Shown here: positions 1-10,600 of the stretch, one piece after another
Layout of the letters: the number at the start of each line of letters is the position of its first letter
Numbering within the stretch: position 1 is the first letter of the stretch
Source: an uncultured bacterium
GTDB taxonomy: Bacteria; Oederibacteriota; PGYV01; CAWJRG01
Length of the DNA stretch: 64,000 nt
NCBI GenBank assembly: GCA_963845185.1
Contig: CAWJRG010000010.1
Span: forward strand, 576,001-640,000
Direction: 5' to 3'
Notes under the pieces: model-generated
Told to the model about the DNA's origin: nothing
Database searches by the model: none
Seen by the model: the letters and a program-made list of their open reading frames with translations, nothing else
Made by a program: the position numbers and the translations under genes

Positions 1-132
1 GCCTTCCTTTGTTTTCTCATCCATAAGCTTCATTTCTTCCCCGCAGCAGATAATCGGGGATCCGCCTTCAATTAAAACCTCGACAACATTTCCGCATTTC
101 AAGCACTTGTAAATTCCCATTTTCATTGCCAT
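1..132 (-). CDS. dfx: Desulfoferrodoxin/superoxide reductase, 5' part (runs off window)
   Basis: Not in the ORF track. Manual translation MAMKMGIYKCLKCGNVVEVLIEGGSPIICCGEEMKLMDEKTKEG shows the desulforedoxin CxxC...CC motif. GGAGG RBS upstream; lies downstream of fprA. Confidence 0.85.
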   Translation of the reverse strand, partial: MAMKMGIYKCLKCGNVVEVLIEGGSPIICCGEEMKLMDEKTKEG

Positions 133-167
133 CTTTACACCTCCATTTGATTTTTTTGCTTGATTAC

Positions 168-654
168 TTATTTTAACAAGCCTATTTCCTTGTGTTTTCT
201 TGCAATATCACTGGCCAGCCTTTCAAGCTCCTTAAAATCATTTTCTTTTGGAAGTCCTTTTGAAATCACGGGAGTCAAAAGCTCAGCCTTAAAATTTGTC
301 AGCATGCCTTTCACAACTTCGCCGGCTTTTTCTCCCCAGCCGTAAGAACTTATCAATGAAATAAATTTTGTTTTCGGTCTTAAGGCATTAGCGAGGTATA
401 CAGCGTAAGCACCCATGGGGTGTATACCGGCAAGCACGGTCGGCGCGCCCAGCACCAGTGTCGCGGCGTCTACAAGTTTCATGGCAAGCTGGCCTATATC
501 AGCCACGGTCAGGTTGAAAAAGGCAACGTTTATTTTTTTTTCAACAAGCAAATCCCTTAAATATACAGCCATCTTCTTCACGCTGTCGTGCATGGAGACA
601 TAGGCAAGGATAACCTCGTTTTTCACGTCGTCCGATGCCCATTCCTTATAATAA
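168..654 (-). pseudogene. fprA: Flavodiiron protein FprA, C-terminal flavodoxin half (separated by IS)
   Basis: YKEWASDD..VILAYVSMH..GAPT..SYGWG flavodoxin motifs; joins in frame with 2337..3028 once the IS and one TSD copy are removed. Confidence 0.9.
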
Positions 655-2331
655 CTGGTATCCGTCATATCAAAATCAACCAGCCTATTTTCATCATTAA
701 TTTTACTCCAAATGATGTCAAAATCAAGAGAAATGTTTTTATTCTGTTGGTTCAATGAAATATTTTCCTCCAAACTATACCGATTACCCGATTTTTCGGT
801 CTAATCTTTCCCAATTCCATATTTTTAGACAAGCCTGTCCAATCATTTTTGTTTGCTCCTCTATAAATATGTTACATGTTACCAAGCCAATTCTATCAGC
901 CGCTTGCCGGGCGTAATTTCCGAATATTATGCATTAAACCGGAAAATATCTTTGCTGTAATAGAAACCTCGGCCAATAACAACCAGTAATACCTGGCATG
1001 TTTTATTAATCTGCCACCTATTTTTATCAACTTTAACTGTATCGTTTTTAACGACCAGTGTTTTATCTTCTTTGGTAAAACCAGGTCCGTAAGAAATTTC
1101 CTGAATTATATGCCAAAATAAATAATTTCAATCTCGCTTCATTCTCCTTAAATCTCTTGCAGGATAGCTTCGTCCAATTCAGCGTGTGTTTTCCCTCCTT
1201 GATCCATTGTTCGCAAGTACCACGTTTGTTATAAAATTTTACTGCTTTTTTATCGAGCCAGTTTAAACTTGTTATAATAAATCCCACCCGCGGAAACAAT
1301 TCGCCATGGTGATATTCTATTTTTGCAATCACTCTTCTTTTTTTATTCCACGACTTGGCTCGATACATAAAATCTTTATACAGCGTGATGAACTTTTTGT
1401 CGGTTTTTTTGACGGGCTTTTTCAGTAAGCCGGATATCTCTTCTGCAAGGCAATTATTCTCTCTTAGCCTAATGACGTATTCTACGCCAAGTTCTTCGCA
1501 GAGTTCATATAATTCCGGTATCCCAAAAGCCGCGTCTGCACGGAAGGTGACTTTAAACCCTTTGCTGATATAATTTCTTAAAACGGGTTCGATAAACTCC
1601 AACCACGCATCGGCGCTATGGACATTACCCGGTCTTAATTTTGCCTTAAGACAATCTCCAAATTGATTGAAACAGAAAAGGGGGTGATAACATTTTGATC
1701 CGAAATAACCGTTATAAGCGCTTCCTTCCTGTTCACCATATACCGGGCTTTCGGACGAATCCAAATCAAGCACTATTTTTTTAACGCCCCTAATCTTATC
1801 CGCTTTGCCTATCCAATTCATTAACATCTCATCGAGTTTTTCCAGGTTATTTCCTTCGGTGAGTATTTCTGTTTCGAATTTTCCAACAGTGGCCTCACTG
1901 CTGCCATTTCTCTGTAATGCCCGGTCACCAAGTACTGCCCTTAAAGAAGGGTCGTTCCTTAGTTGCTTGGCATCATTTACATCTTCGTAGCCCGCCAAAC
2001 GGCTATATATGGATTGTCGTAAAAGTTCGGTTAAGTCATGTTGAATATTTCTTCCGTTTCTTTTATCAGTCAGGTGTTTTTCAGCCAAAATAGTCAGACC
2101 CATTTTTTCATCAAGTTCTCGAATAGCAATTAATCCACCGTCCGACGTAATTTCAGAACCCTTAAAATATGCTTTTACTTTGTCAGTAAAACTGAATTTA
2201 AAACAGTGTTTTTTCGCTTCACCCATTAGGTGTCCTCCTTTTTACAGCTCAAAAACTTTTATTTACCTTATTATATAATACTTTTAGCCCTTTTTCATTC
2301 TCTTTTATGAATTTGATATAACGGATGCGGG
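655..2331 (-). mobile_element. IS1380-family insertion sequence, 1677 bp
   Basis: Imperfect 23-bp terminal IRs (CTGGTATCCGTCATATCAAAATC vs revcomp CCCGCATCCGTTATATCAAATTC, 18/23). AATAA duplicated at 650-654 and 2332-2336. Confidence 0.93.
896..2226 (-). pseudogene. IS1380-family DDE transposase with a frameshift near 1086
   Basis: TSDGGL, LDLDS, RADAAF and YNKRGTCEQWIKEGK motifs. The frame stops at 1063, but an IS1380-like tail (LVLPKKIKHWSLKTIQLKLIKIGGRLIKHARYYWLLLAE...) continues in the -1 frame to 896. Confidence 0.88.
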
Positions 2332-3028
2332 AATAATTGATTATCCTTTCAGGTTTCGTGTAGACAATGCCGTGCGACGGCGCTATTATTTCAATCTGTA
2401 AATCCTTTATTTTCTCAATGTTTGCCCTCACGTTGCTCCTGAAAGGCGACATTATTTCCGCGTAGTATCTTTTTGCCTTTTCATAAACCCCGTCGTCGTT
2501 GAACAAATCCGAAGTGGCAAAATGCGACCCGAAAAAATCACACGAAAAAAGTATTTTATCCTCGGCCACGTAAGTGCCCATTGTCTCTGGCCAGTGCACC
2601 CACGGCGTAAGGATAAATTCAAGCGTTTTGTTGCCGAGTGAAATTTTTTCCCTGTCAGCCACTGTTATAAATTTTTCCTCCGGTATCAGGAGTAGGTCTT
2701 TGAGCATGCTTTTGCATTTCTCGTTTGTAACTACTTTTGCTTCGGGATATTCCTTCAGCACCCTCGGTATGCCTCCGGAATGGTCCTGTTCTGCGTGATG
2801 TGAAACTATATAGTCAATCTTTTTTACGCCTGCTTTTTTCAGGTTGCCAATAAGCTCTTCTTCTTTTGCCGGATCAGCCGTATCTATAAGAGCTGTTTTT
2901 TCACTCCCCTTGATAATATATGCATTATAGCTTGTCCCGTCAGGCAGGGGTATAAGTTCGTCAAATAATCTCCTGTCCCAGTGTATTGTACCGACATAAT
3001 ATATGTCTTTTTTTATTTCTTTTGCCAT
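2332..3028 (-). pseudogene. fprA: Flavodiiron protein FprA, N-terminal metallo-beta-lactamase diiron half
   Basis: GTSYNAY, HAEQDH, HWPET, DFFG and PSHG diiron ligand motifs; ORF reads into the IS end to a stop at 2249. Confidence 0.92.
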
Positions 3029-3045
3029 TCCTTTTCACCTTCCTG

Positions 3046-3504
3046 TTATTTGCATTTGCACGGGCCTTTTTTTATATGGCCTTTTTTCATGCTGTACTTT
3101 TCTATAAGCCTTGCCAGCTTTATGTCTTTTAAATACTTGTTCATGCATTCGGCAAGCCCTATCCATATTTTACGCATTTCACAATTTTTAGACCTGCTGC
3201 AAATTTTTGAGTCAAGAACGCAATCAACCGGGCCGATTTTATTTTCAACCGCCAGAATTACGTCATACAGGCTTATTTTTGCCGGACTTTCCGCAAACTT
3301 AAACCCGCCTTTTTCCCCTTTTACGCTTTTAAGATAGCCTTTTTCCCCAAGCAGTAAAAAAATGGTTTCAAGGTACCTTCCTGATAAACCCTGCTCCCGC
3401 GCTATCTCCTTGATTGTTACAGGCTCGCCTTTTTTGCATTTTGCAAATTTTCCTAGGTTTACAAGGGCCCTTATTGCGTATCTGCTTCTGGTAGAAATTG
3501 CCAT
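3046..3504 (-). CDS. Rrf2-family transcriptional regulator (three C-terminal Cys)
   Basis: ISTRSRYAIRAL, YLETIF, GEKGGF, C-x6-C-x5-C; GGAGGA RBS before ATG 3504. Confidence 0.9.
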   Translation of the reverse strand: MAISTRSRYAIRALVNLGKFAKCKKGEPVTIKEIAREQGLSGRYLETIFLLLGEKGYLKSVKGEKGGFKFAESPAKISLYDVILAVENKIGPVDCVLDSKICSRSKNCEMRKIWIGLAECMNKYLKDIKLARLIEKYSMKKGHIKKGPCKCK

Positions 3505-3641
3505 TTTCCACTCCTCCGGATAAAACAAGTCGCTATGCCTTCTATTCGGGAATAGGCTGAAGACAGGTAATATTTACCTGACTTTTAAGAATAACGTAAA
3601 GTAAACTACATCGGTCAATTTTTCATGCCTTATCACGGATA

Positions 3642-3670
3642 ATTATACTATTTAGCCGCTTTATGGTCAA
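3642..3670 (-). promoter_or_regulatory. sigma70-type promoter of Rrf2-fprA-dfx
   Basis: TTGACC-17bp-TATAAT on the minus strand. Confidence 0.7.
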
Positions 3671-3905
3671 ATGGGTTTTAAACTGCTTTGCCCATCTAGC
3701 CTTTCAAAGACCTTTTAAATATGTAAAACCCCGGGATCCGGGTTTCCATTTTATGTTTACTTTTAATTTATTTTATTTTCACATTCTTCCCTGTATAACA
3801 ATTAATTATATTTACTTTTTATCGACTTTTTTCTACGAAGGGCACACGCCTAATTATCGTGCTGGCTGTATAAATCTGGAATTGAAAAATTATATGATTT
3901 ATTTA

Positions 3906-4592
3906 TTAGTGTTTTATATAAAACCTTGCGGAACTCAGTACATTTTCAGACCCGCCTGCCGGACTGCCGTAAGTCGACATTTTTAAAATTTCTCCGAAAT
4001 TTCCGTCGCCGTCCATCCATTCTTCATCCACTATGTCCGACACATTGTCGTTCGGCATTTCGACTGTGTTGGATGTTGCAAGCAGGATAAAATGCCCGTC
4101 TTCGGTTTTTAATCCTATTTGAACCATGTAGCACTTTCCCGGTTCGTTTATCTTGATGTACCAGTTATCCGCACCGCCGCTGATAATAATATCTCCACAC
4201 GTTTGCTTTTTATTACCGGCCTGTATTTCGTTTATTCTTAAGGCAAGGCCGTAATTCCCCCACTCTTTCCTTATTTCCTTTATTTTTTGTTCCATGAGTT
4301 CGTTTGAAATATCCCAAAAAGCAAAACACCAGTATGGATCCCTTACAAGCAGCACTATCTTATTGTCATAATACCTGTCCGGTATATTATCTTCTTTTGA
4401 AGATTGCATTATATTATTATAAATTATTCCCTGTTCCTGCCACGCAGGTTCAGCCTTAGGAACCTGGCCGATATCCCTGTTTTTTAATTTCCCGGTCTTT
4501 GGCAATTTTATTTTTCCTGTTTTATTATCATGCTTTTTTTTGCCTGTGTTTTTCATGCTAGCCACATCCTTTTTAAGTTTATTCGCGTTCAA
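3906..4592 (-). CDS. DUF4912-domain protein
   Basis: PDRYYDNKIVLLVRDPYWCFAFWDI...WYI...SNTVEMP signature; Lys-rich N-terminus. Confidence 0.75.
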   Translation of the reverse strand: MNANKLKKDVASMKNTGKKKHDNKTGKIKLPKTGKLKNRDIGQVPKAEPAWQEQGIIYNNIMQSSKEDNIPDRYYDNKIVLLVRDPYWCFAFWDISNELMEQKIKEIRKEWGNYGLALRINEIQAGNKKQTCGDIIISGGADNWYIKINEPGKCYMVQIGLKTEDGHFILLATSNTVEMPNDNVSDIVDEEWMDGDGNFGEILKMSTYGSPAGGSENVLSSARFYIKH

Positions 4593-4962
4593 AAAAATCG
4601 TGCCTTCTTATAGCCTTATCTTCTATAAATTCTTCCAGGAAAATAATATCCTCGGCTTTCAGCGCCACAAAATTTATGCCTGATTCGTAAGTATTAGGAC
4701 TGCCGTTTTGCCTGGACCATATGACTTCACCAAAGGATTTTATTACTCTTTTATTCAGGTATAATTCTATTTTTACCATGCTTTCTTTCTCGAGCTTATT
4801 GGGCGTTACAATACAGACCCCTCTTTTACCTAAGTTCTTTATTTTTACCATTTCATAATCAAAATTCGGCCTTTCTGCACTCGAATCAAGCTTTTTAAAC
4901 TTGGCTTTGGCTTCTATATCAATCCTCGTGTGGTCTCTCCTTTCCCCAAAATTTATTTCCAT
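4579..4962 (-). CDS. PilZ-domain protein
   Basis: ERRDHTR (RxxxR), NLGKRG (D/NxSxxG variant), GEVIW, GINF. Confidence 0.8.
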   Translation of the reverse strand: MEINFGERRDHTRIDIEAKAKFKKLDSSAERPNFDYEMVKIKNLGKRGVCIVTPNKLEKESMVKIELYLNKRVIKSFGEVIWSRQNGSPNTYESGINFVALKAEDIIFLEEFIEDKAIRRHDFFERE

Positions 4963-5132
4963 ATCGTATCACCTCCTTATTTATGCAATATGCATTCCGG
5001 ATTCGCTTTCATTAAAAACTATCCGGACTTTCATTTTCAGCCTTACTTTCTAAGCATATGTAACCCCGCCTTTACAGGTGGACGCCTTTAAAAAATTTTC
5101 TATTATACTACCTTTGCGTAGCGTGATTAAAC

Positions 5133-5333
5133 TCAGGTTGCCACTTCTTCGCTTATTGAAATCGCGCCTACCGGACACATTATCTCGGCTTTTAAACACG
5201 CCTTTTTCATTTCAGCGTTCATTAATATCTGCTCTATCACCGTATTGCCGCCTACTTTTTTGAATACCTCCGGGCATATCTTCATGCAGTCACCGAAGCC
5301 TATGCACAAATAGGAATTTATTTTTATTATCAT
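5133..5333 (-). CDS. Single-cluster ferredoxin
   Basis: CIGFGDCMKICPEVF...CPVGAI; GAGGAG RBS; exact start uncertain (5333-5342). Confidence 0.75.
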   Translation of the reverse strand: MIIKINSYLCIGFGDCMKICPEVFKKVGGNTVIEQILMNAEMKKACLKAEIMCPVGAISISEEVAT

Positions 5334-5352
5334 CTTCATCATCTCCTCGCAA

Positions 5353-5724
5353 TTACTGGCCGTTTTCAATAACGGCCTCTATTTTCGAAATAACATCCAG
5401 GGGTTTAAACGGCTTCAATAAGCTTGTGTCTATGCCGCATATGCGTAAAGTTTCTTTTTCAATGTAAAACGCGCTCACAGCTACAATAGGTATTTTCGCC
5501 GTTTCCCTGTCTCTTTTCAGCTTCCAGGCCACCTCAAGCCCGCTTATACCCGGCATCCTGATGTCGAGCAGAATTACCTCCGGGCTTGTTTTCTTCGCTT
5601 TTTTCAAAGCCGTTTCTCCGTCGTTGCATATTTCTGTTTCGTACCCGCTTAAAACAAGGGTTTCTTTTACTTCATCGGCAAATTTCATATCGTCTTCCAC
5701 TATCATTACTTTTGTTTTTTTCAT
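5353..5724 (-). CDS. Single-domain response regulator
   Basis: VEDD, LLDIRMPG, KPF. Confidence 0.9.
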   Translation of the reverse strand: MKKTKVMIVEDDMKFADEVKETLVLSGYETEICNDGETALKKAKKTSPEVILLDIRMPGISGLEVAWKLKRDRETAKIPIVAVSAFYIEKETLRICGIDTSLLKPFKPLDVISKIEAVIENGQ

Positions 5725-5888
5725 TTCGCGCTCTTTTGAATTTCTTTCTTCAGGCTTTTGGTCCTTTCCATATTTTGCGCCTCTTTTTTAAAATTCATTT
5801 AGCTTTAATTCGGGCAAATGCTGTAAAACTGCAGGCATTTGTTTTAGCAAAAAGGACTAAATTACCCCTGCGCTCCGGCCTGGGCATT

Positions 5889-6929
5889 TCACTCTTTCAG
5901 CTTTTTTGCCGCGTCGCTGCGGCCGACTTTTTCATAATATGCCTTAAGCATTGCATACAGGCCTGTTTCTTCGTTTGCAAATTCAAGTTTTGCTTTTTTC
6001 AGTGCCGCATCTTTCATGCCCGCCACTTTCATGCTCATTATTGCGTCATAATCATTGACTGCTTTTACGGCTTCCGGCATGGCCGAGTCAGTAAGCATTC
6101 CCCTTGCGATTGACGATAATTCAGCGTCATCGCTGTATAATGCCCTCACAATTCCGTGAAAGGCTATATCCCATGCTTTTGTCTTGACGCGGCTTTGTTT
6201 AAAAATATCATTAAGTTTTCTCAGCGCGCTTTCCCTTATCCTGTCCGACTTGTTCTTAATGTCCAGGGCTACAGACGCCATTGTCGCATCCTTATTTATG
6301 CTTTCCGCGAAATCATAGCATTCCGCGTAAATACCGTAACTCGGCCCTGTCTGGCACATGCCTTCTGTAATATCCGGGAATGCAGGGCCTGCCTTAGCCT
6401 TCATCATAGAAATGACCTCCATGGCCATTAACTTTGTCTCCCACTTATTTTCATTAAGCAGGTCCTTGAGCGCATCAAGGTCAAATTTTGACGGGTTATA
6501 TTCCATTATAAAACGCTTTATTTCACGCCTGGCAATATCGGAATTATTGTTTCCATAAGCAAGTATAAGAGGTACTACAATATATTCCCCGGCTTTTAAA
6601 TCCCTAATAACGTTGAATGTCATACGCCTTATCTCAGGATCCTGTTCATCGCCGAGCGTGTACGCAAGGTATGTGAGTACCCTTTGTTTAGACGGCGGAT
6701 CCATAATTTTAAAATCGTTAAATGCCTTTTGCCTGACTTCAGGTGTCGACGAAAGAAGGTTGTCCGGGAAAAAACTAAAAAATTTTGTAAATGTCCAGTA
6801 TTCCCTTGCCATCTGTTTTTGCGCAGGAGGCGGCGACGCGCATCCGTATAAAAAAAGGCATGCCAAAGCAAAGCCGGTGATAGTTTTTTTAATCAAATCT
6901 GCCTTACGGTTGACGGTTTCCTGTTCCAT
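5889..6929 (-). CDS. HEAT-repeat-like lipoprotein
   Basis: Hydrophobic signal ending LYGC; repeated helical units (DPEIRR, KWETKLMA, DRIRESAL); AGGAGGA RBS. Confidence 0.6.
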   Translation of the reverse strand: MEQETVNRKADLIKKTITGFALACLFLYGCASPPPAQKQMAREYWTFTKFFSFFPDNLLSSTPEVRQKAFNDFKIMDPPSKQRVLTYLAYTLGDEQDPEIRRMTFNVIRDLKAGEYIVVPLILAYGNNNSDIARREIKRFIMEYNPSKFDLDALKDLLNENKWETKLMAMEVISMMKAKAGPAFPDITEGMCQTGPSYGIYAECYDFAESINKDATMASVALDIKNKSDRIRESALRKLNDIFKQSRVKTKAWDIAFHGIVRALYSDDAELSSIARGMLTDSAMPEAVKAVNDYDAIMSMKVAGMKDAALKKAKLEFANEETGLYAMLKAYYEKVGRSDAAKKLKE

Positions 6930-7230
6930 AAAGTTCCTCCTTTTCAAAAGTTTATATTTCAAAACTTAAGTGTGCGACACCCTATACTTCACATAGACTT
7001 GTCAGAGTAATTATTTTGATTTACTTTTGATTCTTACAAAATCAAACTCTGTCAAGCCGCTCAAATCCGGGTTCTATTCCGAAAAGCGGTATTGACTTTT
7101 CAAAGTTAAGTAAATGGTAGTATTTTCTTTTAAAATATGGTATTGCCTGCTTCGCTATTTGTTTGACTTTTTTCAGATGGGTTGCGTTGATTTTTATTGG
7201 ATAGTGTTTAAAAAATTTTTAAAAAATACA

Positions 7231-7635
7231 TTAAAGATTGCTTTTTTTGCCTGTTAGCTTTTTTGTGATAAAAATAAGAGTTTTAATGTCAAACGGCTTC
7301 TTCAGTACATAATCCGCTGTTTTCAAAGTTTTTTTGTTTTCCCTTACATCTCCCAGTTTCTCGTCCGGCATGTCTTCGTCCAGCAGGCTACCTGTTATTA
7401 TGATCACTTTTGTTTTTAAATTTTTCTTCCTTATGAATTTTAGGACATCAAATCCGGTCATCCCTGGCAGTTTCAGGTCGAGTATGACCAGATCGAAATT
7501 TCCGTTTTCAACCTTTTTTTCTGCGGCTGGCCCGTCGCCTGCCGTATCCGTGGCAAAGCCCTCGTCGTGCATCACAGCCGAGATTTCTTCCCTCATTTCA
7601 TTGTCATCGTCGACCACAAGTATGCGTTTTCCCAT
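7231..7635 (-). CDS. Single-domain response regulator
   Basis: VVDDD, ILDLKLPG, KPF. Confidence 0.9.
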   Translation of the reverse strand: MGKRILVVDDDNEMREEISAVMHDEGFATDTAGDGPAAEKKVENGNFDLVILDLKLPGMTGFDVLKFIRKKNLKTKVIIITGSLLDEDMPDEKLGDVRENKKTLKTADYVLKKPFDIKTLIFITKKLTGKKSNL

Positions 7636-10600
7636 TATACTTTCCCCTTTATTGGTATGGTTATCGTAAAAGTGCTCCCTTTGCCGGCAGCGCTGTCCAC
7701 GTCTATCTTCCCGTTATGCAGGCCCACCAGCTCCCTGCAAATTGCAAGGCCCAGGCCAGTGCCTTTTGACCTGCTCGTGTAAAACGGCTGGAAAATCTTT
7801 CCGAGGTTTTCTTTTTCTATGCCGGTGCCGTTGTCCTTTATGCTTACACTCAAAAATCCGTGCGGCCTTATCACTGCCTCAATTTCCACCCTGCCCTTTT
7901 CCTTTTTGCTTTCCACAGCCTGGAACGCGTTGTTCAGGATATTCGAGAAAACTTCTTTCATCTGGAACGGGTCTATATAAATAAACCTGTCCTTTATTGG
8001 CTTGTATTTTTTCACTACCCTCGTGCGCTGGCTGCCGAACCTTTTGCTTGCATTGTCCACGCACTCCTCTATGATTGAGTAAATGCCTATTTTTTTGTAA
8101 ACCGGCATTTTCATTTTCGAGTATGTAAGCAGGTTGGTTATTATCTGGTTGCTTTCGAGGACCTTTTTTTCTATGTTTTCCAGGTGCCTGTGCATGGACG
8201 GGTCCGGCAGTTTTTTCTTCATGTTGTAAGCGGCTATGTTTATGACCCCAAGCGGGTTTCGCAGCTCGTGCGCCACAGTGGACGCCAGTGTGCCGATTTC
8301 TGCCAGGTGTTTCGCGTCAGCTAGCTCCTTCTGGGTTTTTTCAAGCTCTTCCTCGGCATTTTTCCACCTGCTCACGTCCACCAGCACCAGCACGAGGCTC
8401 TCTGTTTCGCCCGACAGGCCTTTCACCGGCTGCAGGCTCCAGTTCCAGAAAGTCTGGTTATGAAAATAGTTTTTCGCGTACTCAAAAGGCTTCGCGTAGG
8501 CAAAATACGATTCGCCTGTCTTAACGACTTTCCTGAATATTGCCTTGTTTTCTTCGCCCGGGGAAATGCTGAAATAATTCTTTCCCGGGAAAAAATCCGG
8601 CGTATGGTTTACTCCTTTTGCAAAAACATCGTTTACCTTTATGTAATTGAAATTTGTGTCCAGTTGGGCAATCAAAAAATCTCCGCTTGAAAAAATCCTG
8701 TCAAGCAGTTCGTTGCTTGAAAATATTTCCTTGAGCAGCTCGTTTGTCTGCGTCATGTCGTCGGTTATATCAAACTTTTTTATCCCTTCTCCCATTAGCG
8801 GCGCAAGTGTTTCCATGAATTCTACAAATTCCTTTGTTATTTTGTCTTTTCTTTTATCAGCCAGGTGTATGTCGCCTATTATTTTATTGTTGTATTTTAT
8901 CGGTATTACTGCCAGGGACTTGAATCCGCATCCGACGCACGCTTCCCTGTATCTTGATGCCTGCTTTCTTGTTAATTCTTTTACAAATTTTCCCATGTCC
9001 CCGCAGCAAAACGACCCTGTTTTTGTTGCAAGCGACCTGTCCTGCGATTCAAGTTTGCCCCTCATCACCCTTGTACATACGCAATGGTCGGTATTTATTG
9101 AAAGCCAGTTTTCCGATTCCCAGAATTCCCTTGTAAAACCCGTATATGCTTCATATGGAATATTACCCTTCTTATCAATAATCCTAATCCCATGGTTCTC
9201 GCAACCTGACAGCCTGCCGATAAGCTTGTCCAGGTCTTCCAAATATTCTTTCCTGCTCAATGCCTTTCCCAGCAGAGCAAGCACTGCATTTCCCGCGCGG
9301 TTTTTCTTTTCTACTTCCCTTCGTGTCTTTATTTCCCTTGCAAGTTTTTTGTTCACCCGCATAAGGTCCGCAGTGCGCTCGTACACCTTGGTTTCAAGTT
9401 CATCATATAATTCCTTGAACTGGTCCTCTGCTTTTCTGCGGCTGGTTATATCCATGCCGTAAAAACGCAGGCCCCAGCTGTCCGGCACGTGCACTACTGT
9501 CTGGGCGTAATAGCATTGATTGACTTTTATTTCCCTGTTTATAAATCTGGTTTTCTTTTCCTTGAATAACTTGATAAGCCGGACAAGTCCAGTGAAAAAT
9601 GGGTGGCTGAAATTTTTTTGCTCTGCGTCAAGGAATAATTCCTTAAAAGCCTTGTTGCTGTAAGTTATATTACCGTCAAAATCTATCTCGCATATCGGAT
9701 TAGGATTAAGTTCCGGAAAAGACGCTACCTTTTTTATTTTCTCTTCATCTTCTTTGTTCTTTTCGCGCATTCTGATAAAAGTAATTCCATAGGCCAGATC
9801 ATTGGCCAGCTCTTCGAGCAGTGTAACCTCGTCTTTTGAAAACGGATCTGGCTCTGCCGAATATATGGTTAGCGCCCCGAATGTTTTATCGCCCGAGGAA
9901 AGAGGCAGGGCAATGGAAGACGCATAGCCGCGTTCCAGCGCCTCTTTCCGCCAGGGCTTAAAACAAGGGTCGGTCAGCATATTCCTGCACATTGCTGTTT
10001 CTTCTGTTCGTATGGCTGTGCCTGTGGGGCCGCGGCCTCGTTCATTGTCTGCCCAGGTAATGTTCAATGTTTTTAAATACCCTTTGTCAAAACCTGCCTG
10101 CGCGGCGGGCTTCACGCTTTTCGCCTCGTCCTCTTCGCAAAAACCTATCCATGCCATTTTATAACCGCAATCATTTATTATAATACGACAGACGTCGTTC
10201 AGGTATACAGCTTCATGGTCTGCATGCATCATTGCATGGGCTGAATCGCCAAGTGCTTTGAGTATCCTGTTGAGTTTATCGAGTTCCTCCCGCTTTTTCA
10301 TGCGTTCTGTAATATCCATGTAAACGCCAAGATAAGCCTTTTCCCCTGCGTATGTTATGGTACGTATGGTTGCGCTTATCCAGAAAGGTGTCCCGTCCTT
10401 GTGCTTCACCTTTACCTCGCGGTCCTTTATAAAACCGCGGTTGTTTATAATACCTACGATGTCGTCTCTTTCATCAGGGTAACAATAAAAATCAACAGTT
10501 TTCCTGCCAACAAGCTCGCTGTCATTATAACCGAACATCATTCTGTAAGAGTCGTTGACAAAAAGCACAATTCCATCCGAAACTCTTGACACGTTCAAGG

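Noticed and set aside
655..773. N-terminal ~40 aa of ORF 168..773 as native protein sequence
   Set aside because: It derives from the IS end, not from fprA.
4963..5130. c-di-GMP riboswitch upstream of the PilZ gene
   Set aside because: Only short stems; class I/II consensus elements not recognisable.
5800..5888. ZTP riboswitch-like GCCTGGGC
   Set aside because: The 5' conserved part is missing, and the strand is opposite to the flanking genes.
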